From the NCBI RefSeq assembly GCF_001194135.2, contig NC_068981.1, forward strand, positions 65,284,776-65,348,775: a DNA stretch of 64,000 nucleotides, read 5' to 3'. The stretch comes from Octopus bimaculoides. Its lineage: Eukaryota. The translations under genes and the position numbers were made by a program. The notes below the pieces were generated by a model. It was not told where the DNA came from. It saw only the letters and a program-made list of their open reading frames with translations, and made no database searches. Shown here piece after piece: positions 53,864-64,000 of this stretch. Every line of letters starts with the position of its first letter. Within the stretch, counting starts at the first letter, position 1.

Positions 53864-54037
53864 CTGTGTTTGTCCCCCAACATCGCTTGACAACCGATGC
53901 TGGTGTGTTTACGTCCTCATAACTTACCGGTTCAGCAAAAGAAGCCGATAGAATAAGTCCTGGGGTCGATTTGTTCGACTAAAAGCGGTGCTCCAGCATG
54001 GCTGCAGTCAAATGACTGAAACAAGTAAAAGAGTAAA
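53668..54037 (+). mobile_element. Young SINE family A1, full length
   Basis: Closely matches 13536-13930, CpGs largely intact. Confidence 0.92.
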
Positions 54038-54118
54038 CCAATCCATAATCTTAGCAATATGGCTGGGATGAGGTGTGCATAATATGTCAGAGGAAAATTC
54101 ATTCTACTTACTAAATAC

Positions 54119-54730
54119 ATATAATATAAAAATAAGTCTTTTTGTGAAGTATTTTGAATGTGAAAGTAGCTATAAATAATAGCTTATTGTACATTGGGTT
54201 AAAAAAAACAAACCCATGGACTGTAAAAGGTGAATAACCACCCCTGAGACTTGAAGCACGCATCTACTATGTCCTGGGCAGTAATGATATCATTACACCA
54301 AAGCAATTCTCTGCCTTTCATCTGCCCAAATTAGTTGCTTTAATCTTACATGTGAGAAAGGAAGTTTGTTTATATTTAGAACACAATTCAGAAGCATCAA
54401 TGAATATGAAAATAAGTCCCTTTTTATTAAATATCTCAGATGCAAGTATAGCTATAAATAATAGTTCATAATTCAATGGGTAAAAATCCCCCAAATGGAA
54501 AAAAAGTAGACTACTCTCTCCTAAAACTTGAACCTATCTTGAATGCAAATGTAGTTATAAATAATAGTCTGCAATACATTGGATAAGAAAAAAAAATCAT
54601 TGAGCAGGAAAAGGTGAACAGGTCTATGGGACTTGAATCTATCTTGCTATCTTGAATGAAAATGTAGCTGTAAATAACTCGTAATACATTGAGTAAAAGA
54701 TAAAACAAAACATTGAACTGAGAAAGCAGA
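54119..54730. repeat. Four diverged direct repeats with core GTAGCTATAAATAATAG
   Basis: Cores at 54166, 54448, 54551 and 54664; flanks also align. Confidence 0.8.
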
Positions 54731-55017
54731 CTCTCTAATGTAGAGTTTTACTAAAACTGGCCTTGCCTAGGCTTAATAATATCTCAAATATTTTAGTTAA
54801 ACGGCTAATAAACTTCAATTCATCCAGGAATGTTGATTCAAGTCTTCCATACATTGGTTCAAATTGAACTTCATGAAAAAAAAAACAAAAAAACCCCAAG
54901 CAAGCAAACAAAAAATAAAATACAAATATAGAGTCTTATATAAGATTTCATGCTATTTTTTGTAATGACTCTAAATTAATTATTTTCTAATCAGAAACTT
55001 TTCTGTGTCTATTTTAG

Positions 55018-55200
55018 TGTTTTGTGGTATGCACCATGCTTAGTTTTTGTCAGGTATTATAAAGAACAAATTTCAGAAAAAAAAAGCACAGCCTATTACC
55101 TTCTCTTTGAAGAGATGTGTCCCCTGTGCAAAATTTCAGCAACTAAGGTGGAAAACTATGGTCTACAATTGGAAACATGCATTCACTTTTATTTATTAAG
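55018..55200 (+). CDS. Candidate coding exon (VLWYAPCLVFVRYYKEQISEKKSTAYYLLFEEMCPLCKISATKVENYGLQLETCIHFYLL); could instead be 55018-55053 or 55054-55200
   Basis: Acceptor cttttctgtgtctattttag, donor AG|gtactg, 183 nt open. Confidence 0.22.
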
Positions 55201-55445
55201 GTACTGAGTTACAAAAGAAATTTGGTTAACTAATCTTATTCTTGCAAATTATATGATTAGAAGAACTCCTAAGAGTGTTTAAAACCAAAAAGTACATGTG
55301 AGAGATAACTCCAATGCTATTAACTCATCATAAATTTTTTTTTTTTGAAAAAGCAGGATCCTTACCTAACTGTATTTTGTCTTTATTTCCCCAAAAGTTT
55401 GGATAAGCTGATATCATTGGAGTTATCTCACTTGTTTGTTTTTAG

Positions 55446-55524
55446 CTTGCAAACGTTGCTCTGATACCTAATAACAAGGATAATCTCAGTTTATTGAAGA
55501 TTTTCTGCTCACTGTATTACATAT
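55446..55524 (+). CDS. Candidate coding exon (LANVALIPNNKDNLSLLKIFCSLYYI)
   Basis: Acceptor cacttgtttgtttttag, donor AT|gtgaga, phase 0 to 1. Confidence 0.22.
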
Positions 55525-56149
55525 GTGAGACTGTGCAGTAATCCCAATACAGATTTCAGCTCAGTACAGATTCCATGACTGAAAAAAAAAAAAAAATACG
55601 ACTTAAATACTGTGAAAATTCACTAACTCTATATGTTCCATTGGTATAGTGTTTGTTTGTTTTTTATGTTCATTTTTTCCATGTAAGCGTAGAGTAGATG
55701 AATATATTATCAAGGCATTGTTTTATAGCCAGGTGTTCTTCCTGTTGCTAACCCTTACCTTGTTTTCAAGTTAGGGATTTCTTATTTCATGCACTTTCAA
55801 AGGTGCAAAGTGAGTGAATAATTTGTTCCTGTGGGCAATGACAGAAATGGCAACAACACCACTGTTTTTAACTGAATAATTTTTAAAGAATTAGAAATGT
55901 AGACAAACACAGGCTCACATACACACACACATATTAATAGGTATATAATGATGAGCTTCTTTCAGTTTCTGTCAACCAAATTCATTCACAAAACTTTGGT
56001 TGGCCTGCTGTAGGACTGAACCTGAAACTACATAGTTGAAAAGTGAGCTTTTTAACCACTCAGCTATGCTAGTGTCTTGAAACAGTTCTGAGTTCAAAAC
56101 CAGTCTGGAACATTAGATATATTCAACAGATTCAAGCATCGAATGAATT

Positions 56150-56360
56150 TCTTTCTACTATAGGCATAAGGCCTGGTATTTTGGGAGAGGGAACTAGTCA
56201 TTTACATTGACCCCAGTGCTCAGCTGGTCCTTAGTTTGTCAACCCTGAAAATAATGAAAGGCAAAGACAACTTTGATGGAACTCAAACTCAGTAAAGCCA
56301 GAAGAAATGCCACTAAGCGTTTTGTCTGGCATGCTAACAATTCTGCCCACTCATCACCTT
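56150..56360 (-). mobile_element. SINE family B
   Basis: Reverse complement of 24730-24945 and 35125-35305. Confidence 0.75.
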
Positions 56361-57125
56361 CAAGCATTAAGTAGATAGAAACACGAGACATGTACACACA
56401 AGTTGATGACACAAAAAGACTGTATGAGAATTCCAATGATTGTTTTTTTACTATGTCATTGATTACCTAATTATTACATTTACTTATATCTCTATAGCAG
56501 CAATTTGTGTCATTGCTATTGCTTGCCAGTGATTTTGCTGGTGGTGGTGAAACTCTGAGTTCAATAACTCAATTCATAGTTTCTTTTCAAAGAGTTTCAG
56601 CTTTAATCACCACTGGCACCACCATTTAAAGATAATTACTCCTACAGTAATAAAGTAATATACAATAAAGGAAAATCATTTCTGTCATTATAGAAAATCT
56701 ATAATAATAAAATTCTGCAATGGTCTACATGTGTAATGCTTATCTACAGAACAAAATCAGAGGCAATCTGTTGTAGACACATTTATTCATAAGACAATTG
56801 ACTGATAAACTCTGAAATTGAATTGTAAACATAATATACTGTGGACACATCATTTATATTAGGTATATTATTTGTAAGATTAAGATTCACAGATATTTTA
56901 AATTGTGTTACACACACACACACACACTTTAATGTTTCACTTAGACATTGTGATACTAATAACCTGGTGTTAGAACTCAATTTACATATGCTTCAGAATG
57001 AAGCGTCAGTCAAGTACAAAGTGATAAGAAATTGGGATGACAAAGGAATAAACAATTATGCTATGAACTTCATTAGCTTTCAACTGTATCTGCTCTAAGG
57101 TGCAATGTACTCATAGTTGAGTACT

Positions 57126-57262
57126 TGAGTATCACCCTATAGCTTCAACAGAGCTTCAAACATGAAGTGCAATTTATTTGGGAAAACATTTACACTTAAA
57201 TGTTTTCCCCAAAAATTCCACTTCATGTCTGAAGCTCTGACGAAGCTATAGGGTGATACTCA
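57126..57262. mobile_element. Near-perfect foldback element (probable palindromic MITE)
   Basis: Arms 57126-57192 and 57197-57262 are reverse complements with 5 mismatches and 1 gap. Outer 21 bp perfect, 4-nt loop. Confidence 0.75.
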
Positions 57263-57440
57263 TGCATCTCAGTTGGGCAGCTATTGAACTTTGTTCCCTA
57301 GAACTGTGGTTTCAAGTCCAGCAATATGTGCTTTTTACTGATTTGAACGCAAGAATGTAGTACATTGTATTAATATCTGTTAAAATATTACTATTATGAA
57401 TTGATTATGTCTTTGATATTTATTCTAGTGTTTAGATCAC

Positions 57441-57661
57441 TTAACCTTTTAGCATTCAGATTACTCTGTCAGGTGTAATGCTTATTTATTTGCATTATTT
57501 TGAATTAATCATGCATTATCTTGTAGTTTTAAAATTTCAGTGATGTGATTTTTACTTTTAGAATGACATTATAGGGTAGGTGTGAGGGGCTGAATCTGGT
57601 TAGTTTGAACACAAAACTATATTTTGGCCAGACATGGCAAGTTTAAATGTTAAAGGGTTAA
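57441..57661. mobile_element. piggyBac-like MITE type M2
   Basis: TTAACCTTTTAGCATT ... AATGTTAAAGGGTTAA termini. Homologous to 15888-16101 and 48323-48502. Confidence 0.82.
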
Positions 57662-58099
57662 AGCATTTTTTTTTTTACATTCTTTCAACATGTTTTCTAT
57701 CATGTTAGTAATATAATTACAAAAGAAGTGATCCAGAATTTTCTCATTGAAAAATTCCATCTTCTTTCAAGAGCATGTTTTCTTAGAATAGACAACTTTT
57801 AAAGTAAAATTGGCTAGTATGTAAAAAAAAGAATATATTTTTCAAAGATATTCCTCCTAAAGTTGTACCTTCAGTGTACTTACATTGAACAACTTATCTT
57901 AAGAATCAAACACCTCAGAAAAAATACAATTTTTATTGAAATTATGTATTTCATGGTTCTTTATAAACTTTCAACAATCTTATAGTTTTCAAAATAACTG
58001 CGGAATTTTCATCTGTGTATTGCTAGTATTCAGAACTGAAAATGATATTTTACTTGCTCTTTTCATTTGAACCAGTAACTGTATATTGTGATTCCAGTT

Positions 58100-58960
58100 A
58101 TCATAATTATTCCAAACAGCTTGTATCATTAAGTGGCAGGGAGTTGTGATAGCGTTAACCTTACACAAGCAGATGTTACTGCCTGGATGACTTACTTAAT
58201 TCAGTTTTGTTTGTCTATGGAAACCTTCATCAGAGACTTTAGCCCTTGTTGTAATAGCCTGGCTATTGAGACAAAGAGTCAGTATTGCATCAAGCCTTTT
58301 CTATCCATAACTGACCTTTATGAGAAATTTCTTGTGACATTAATTCAAGCATAGCTCAATGTTTCATGATGATACACATGAAAGATAAGAAAGAAGACAA
58401 AGTAGAGAGTCATATGCAGGCTGTAAGTTTGGTATTACAATTGTTGCTCTTGTTAATTAATTATTGCCAGTTCTGCTTGCTAACCAAAGTATAAAGGTAT
58501 CTCATCAATAATTTAGTACAACTAGTAATAATTTATTTAAATATGTCACAAAGTAACTTTTAGTGGTGTATGATTGAATGTCTTTTCCTGCCATTATGTT
58601 AATGGCACAACACTCCATTCATTCATGGGGAAGAATGTATGATGTAGTTGACACTTGGTGACTCAGGTTAAAATGCATGACTCTTCGTGGCTTCCTTTAT
58701 CAAGTTATAAATTAGTACCATAAGCGGGCTTAGTTCACTGGAAGCAGTTTTGACGATGTTCAGTTGTTTCACTAAAAAGCAGCACTTAGATCAGATTTGC
58801 CCGTGGTGCATAATAGCTATGTGAGTAATGGGTTTTGTCATCCAGACTTGGACTTACTGACTATATTATACCAGGACTGAAGTCTTTAATGGTATCTCAA
58901 AGACCCAATAAAATGCAGATGAACAACCTTTTGACTTGTGACAACGAAAAGAGATTCAGA
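58100..58960 (-). mobile_element. Degraded CR1/L2-type LINE RT region
   Basis: Minus strand IVKTASSELSPLMVLIYNLI (about 58695-58760) matches LK.CA.ELSP.L..IFN. A QYG.RKG-like decayed segment lies near 58290-58320. Confidence 0.45.
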
Positions 58961-60382
58961 AGGTTGCAATACATACTAGTTTATAATGATCTTCTTAAAT
59001 ATATTTGAAGTGGACTTTCCCACTGCAGACAATAGAGAAAGGTTTTGCAATTTCTTTTTAAACAACCTCCATAAATGATGTGTTTATAGTGATCAAATGT
59101 TTGTGCTGTACATTAGCTCTCTCCCTCCATCAAATTGACATTATCTGTACAGGTTCATAGTGTGTCACATGTCAGACATTGAAGTGAATGCAGAGCAATG
59201 TGAGATGAAGTGTTTTGCTCAAGAACACAAATGCACCATCTTGTCCAGGTATCGAAATCATAATCTAGTGATCGTAGGTGCAACACCCTTACCACTAATT
59301 CATGTGTCCTCATAAAATTATATTTGAAGTAATGAACAATTAGTAATTAGATGGGAAAGAGATGTCATCTTTTTGTGATGCAGTGTGTGTGTGTGTGTTA
59401 AAGATTTTTGATTGAAAGTTTGTGAATTCATTTCTCTCTCAAATTTATTTACTGAGACTGGAGGAAGGAGCAGTGCCTGTAGCCTTTACAGCTTCCCCCC
59501 TATTACACTGACCAATGAGATCGATGCTCTTAATGTTCTATTTGAACATTTAGTCAACACATGCAAGAAAGACATTTGGGAATTTCAGAGGACTGTTATG
59601 AAGGACTAGGTTTTGTAATTAGTGTGGGGTCTGGGAGGTTGTGTGTGTGTGTGTAGGGGGCAGCATTGGGGGCAAAAAAGTGTTTTATCCTAAGTCATTA
59701 TGCCATCATTGTCATCTTCACTTTGGTGTCCTTTTCCCCCTTTTCTTTTCACAGGGTTCATTAGTAGGACATACTGCTATTTCTGTTGATTCTGTGCCAT
59801 CATTCTGTGTGAGAGCTGATTTCACCAGCTTCACTTTTGTCTTTCAAATCGCTCTTTTGTACCTTCAGTTATCAGCACATACACACTCCCCCCCTCTATC
59901 CTATCTTTCTCCAAAAACCAGTATCTAAAATGATAAATGTGCATATAAAGAATAACTCAATATACATTCACATGCTAAATTTTTTTCCTTGATCTTAATA
60001 TCTTCAATTATGATTGCTTCAATAATCAAAAGTAAGGCAGAAAATTTATGTAGGTTTAAATTGACTTATTGCAATGTTTTAGTTTGCATTTTTGGTTAAA
60101 TTACCTTTTCCTCATTTTCAAATATTCATCTCGCAAATGCATGATTGGATTAAAAATAAAAGTTCTTATATAAAGATATGATTATTTTTATATCGATTTC
60201 TTGTAATACTAAATACATAAGCGATTAAACCTACAAGGTTAAAATAAATAATTAATTGGAATCATAAAGAGATAATTAAACTAAATTTTCCTCTGTTCAT
60301 TCTATTATAATGGCAACTTTCGTCTACTTATGAGTGGGACAGCTATTTCCGTGACTGAAAATCAGCATTCACAAGCCTTGTG

Positions 60383-60700
60383 AATGCGTGTGGCCTAGTG
60401 GTTAGGGTGTTGCATTCATGAGTGCCAGATCAGAGGTTTGATTCCCAGACAAGGCAGCTTGTTGTGTTGTTGAGAAAAATACTTCATTTCGCATAGATCT
60501 AGTGTTGTGTGGGGACCAACATGTCAAGGAATAGGCACAACATTTCTTCTGTGTGCTGTAAAAGGTGACTCAAAAAGGTTGCGGTAGGATTTGTACTTCC
60601 AACCTCGTAAAATCCTCACCACCAACAATTACCCAAACCGGTCCATGGCTTGTAGGGTTGTCGCCCGAGTGGTGCAAAGATGTCAGTCATCCACCAGGAG
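60383..60700 (+). mobile_element. SINE with family D tRNA-like head (another partial copy about 59110-59300 -)
   Basis: TGGCCTAGTGGTTAG box A and GGTTTGATTCCC box B; head colinear with 15028. Confidence 0.7.
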
Positions 60701-61370
60701 TAGAGAATCACCAATAAATGGTGTATGCAGTGATGCTCTGTTACAGCACATACCCCCATACTACTACTATTACAAACTCTGGAAGATGCCACCTGGAAAC
60801 TATACAACTTACTATACAAGCAAAATAAAAATTGCTACAATCATAGTTTACCAAATATTGTAGATACTAGGTGTAAGGTAGGATTAATTTATAGAAGGAA
60901 AATGGTGTTTCCTTTGTTTATGCTTGCCTTGTTCTGTACTGGTCCAAAATCTTAAAAGTATCAGTATTCAAAATTTGATGTACTGTATATATACATCTGA
61001 TTATTTGCTTTTATATTTCTTATAAACATGTGCTTGAGTATTATGTATACTTTATGTACTAATTAAGTGACTTTTTATTTCCCACCATGCTTGTTAAAAT
61101 AGATTGGCCATGATAGGTAGGAGATTTATCTTGTGCACTTATTAATCTGTATTGCTTGTCGCAGAAGTATTTATTTATACAGGGAATGAGATATCTCTGG
61201 TGAATGTTTTGAGAATGGAAGCAAGGTAGTAGTTATCTGTAGTAAGCTTGAGAACGTTAACAGCCTTCAGAATCTTCTGAGTTTATGTAACAAGCACAAT
61301 ATAAACAATGTATTCAAGTTTATATCTCTGTTCTTAGTGAAGACAGTGAGAAGGAATTTGTGTGAACGCA

Positions 61371-61409
<39 letters not shown>

Positions 61410-62396
61410 ATAAACACATGCACACATACTTCAGCTCTATGACAGTGGTGTTCAGTCTGACTAATTTGATACATCGTGAATTTTGTTTTAATTTTCTTAA
61501 CTCTTAACCCTTTGCTGATTCACAACATGGTGTCTTGTTTACTTCCTATGGAACAGGGAAAATAAATAGTGAATTTGGTGAGGAAATGCATGCTTAATAA
61601 CAGCTTGCATTTCAGTCAAATAGTCTTTAAAAAAAAGAAGTACAATCCTTACCCTAAATACTTGAAACATTTTTTTATCAAAATAAACTGAACAGATGGT
61701 TAAAAAATTTCATCACTTAAAGATGACAGAATTAGTGGAGTATTAGACTAAAATATGTCATAGTACTTGGTTATATCTTTTTACATTCCAAGTTCAGATC
61801 CCACTTTGTCCACTTTGCCTTTCATTCTCCCAGAGTCAACATAAGTACTGTTCACTGAAATCAGTAAAAAAAAAAAATGTCAAATTGTATATGTGTTATG
61901 TATCAACGTACAGTGGCAAAGTGGACAAGATATTAAATCATGTACTTGTAGACGATGAGTTTAACACCACTGAAAGTATTCAGTTATGTCATTTCAGTTC
62001 ACTGAGCTGTCAGGAATAGGTAGCAGATTTTCTGGCAAAAGGTCAACGGTGCTGAATATACATGATAAAATATGCCCATATCAGGAAGGAGAACCAACTG
62101 ATTCTGTTTGTTGAATGAGTGCCTAGATGTAAATGGAGAAATATAAGTGTTAATACAGAAATAGCAATATACATACAATCAGTGGCTCTTTCTGTAAGTA
62201 GTGGACCTAACTCTATGGGAGCTGTCGTGGGAAATCATGGCAACTAAATGCATTTTAGAGTTTTGGGGACTTATTCTCCAGGTGTGTTTTGTTACATATA
62301 GCATTTTATTTAACTGCTTAATTTGATTTCTTGCATGGTGATTGATGCCAGATATAACCCAATTATCTAACTATCTTGTCACAACTTACATAAAAT

Positions 62397-62433
<37 letters not shown>

Positions 62434-63639
62434 GGGAAATAGAAAAGGCAGAGAAATGAAATCAACCTTAGCAGAGATTTAAGTCACCAAGTAACTCATC
62501 AATTGTTTAGTGTTGACCTCATGCTTAATCATAAAGTTTTGTCTTCTCTGTATAGTATTATNNNNNNNNNNNNNNNNNNNNNNNNNNNNNNNNNNNNNNN
62601 NNNNNNNNNNNNNNNNNNNNNTTTTTTTTTTTTTTTCATAGGTTTCTCTTATGAAATTTTTTTTTACTTTTAAAATGTAAGGCAGAATTAAGAAATAGTT
62701 TAATTAAAACAAAAATGAACCAAGGAAAATGATTCAAATGGACCAAGCTAAGGAGCTATGTAAAGAATGACTTATGCAAGGAAATTCTAAATTTATTGAA
62801 TTTTCCCTTTTAGTTGGAGAATGAAAACAAGCACCTAGTGAACACTAACAACTCTTGAAGAAAAGAGGAAATAATTTATGTTTGGAAGGGATGTCATCTT
62901 TGTTAATAGTCAAGGTGATTGCTATGGGCTTGTTTTATCACTTAATGAACATCTGGTTGTGGTTTTGTGCAGGCTAGTCCTGACTGAGCAAACCTCTAAT
63001 CAAAGGTATTTCGGCTATAATCTTCTCATCTTTTTCTTGGGTATTGCATATCTAAAACTACACTGATCAATGTGTCATCTCCTTTTGCAAACCATTGAAT
63101 GTAATTTTGGAAGATTTTGCAGCTATTTCTAACAGGATAATAAGGGACCCTGTAGTAACTACCTTGTTGACTCACTGGTGTCCTCTATTGTGTCTATACC
63201 TATGATCTGTTAATTACTTGTACATCTATATCACAGAAACTTTGTGAACATTTAACAAGCAAGAGCCACCAAAAGGTTGAGCAGTTTTCTATAGTCAGCT
63301 ATTACAATTTGTGTTGTGTCTGATGGAGGATCTTCTCATCAAATGGGAGTAGAAACTTTATTATTATTAATCGAAACACCAGTATTACCCAAATGCTTAC
63401 ATCACTTCTTTATTCACTATTATTTTTGCACCTATTGTTACTATTACTGTTGTTATTGTGATGGTGGTAATATTATTACCAAGCTTTTAGTGAGTTTGTG
63501 ATTTAATTATGCAGAGAATTTCTAAATGCACTTCAATTATATTTTCCTAGGATGGAATCATCTCTAATGTAAACTAAATAAAACACATTTACATTTCCAA
63601 CTGTGTATGTGTCTTCAATAATTACCTGCTGAAAACTTT

Positions 63640-63950
63640 TTGATGTACGTGCATGTGTATGTGTGTATGTTTGTGTATATATATACGTTTATATAAGTGT
63701 ATATATGTGTGTATATATATGTGTCTGTGTGTGTACACATATACATATGTGTGTGTATCTGCATGCATGTATATATATATATATATGTGTGTGTTTGTGT
63801 GTGTGTGTATGTCTGCATGTATGTATGTGTGTGTGTGTGTGTATGTGTGTGTATATATATATACATATAAAAATATACACACATGTACATGTATGTATGT
63901 GTCTTGTGCGTATGTCTGAATGCATGTACACACACTCACACACACTCACA

Positions 63951-64000
<50 letters not shown>
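63640..64000. repeat. Compound degenerate (TA)/(TG) then (CA)n microsatellite running to the window end
   Basis: Directly visible. Confidence 0.95.

Noticed and set aside
58716-58820. 105-nt + strand exon candidate with GTGAGT donor
   Set aside because: The opposite strand reads as a CR1/L2 RT-proximal motif (KTASSELSPLM..IYN), a simpler explanation.

Overview
AT-rich, repeat-dense animal genomic DNA. The interspersed repeats match the set I recognise from octopus genomes; that taxon call is recognition from memory, not a database result. Nine N-gaps, most abutting microsatellites or homopolymers, point to a short-read draft assembly. No intact long ORF, rRNA, functional tRNA or CRISPR array is visible, and most ORF-track entries are microsatellite, gap or SINE read-through. 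Supported content: (1) dozens of tRNA-derived SINE copies in about four families, two sharing a head but differing in tail; (2) degraded RTE and CR1/L2-type LINE fragments, mostly on the minus strand; (3) non-autonomous DNA transposons (TTAA-flanked piggyBac-like MITEs, one nested pair, a hAT MITE with an 8-bp target duplication, a 137-bp near-perfect foldback); (4) many microsatellites. The window looks like intronic DNA of a + strand gene. A tentative phase-compatible 12-exon chain (3257-45927, 278 aa, possibly PH-like C-terminus) can be assembled by eye, but I recognise no homolog and it may be partly or wholly spurious. I found no new biological system I can assert with confidence. The best leads are the orphan exon chain, the foldback hairpin, the inverted SINE pairs (potential dsRNA/ADAR substrates) and a four-copy diverged repeat at 54.1-54.7 kb. 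Repeat boundaries are approximate, set by eye.
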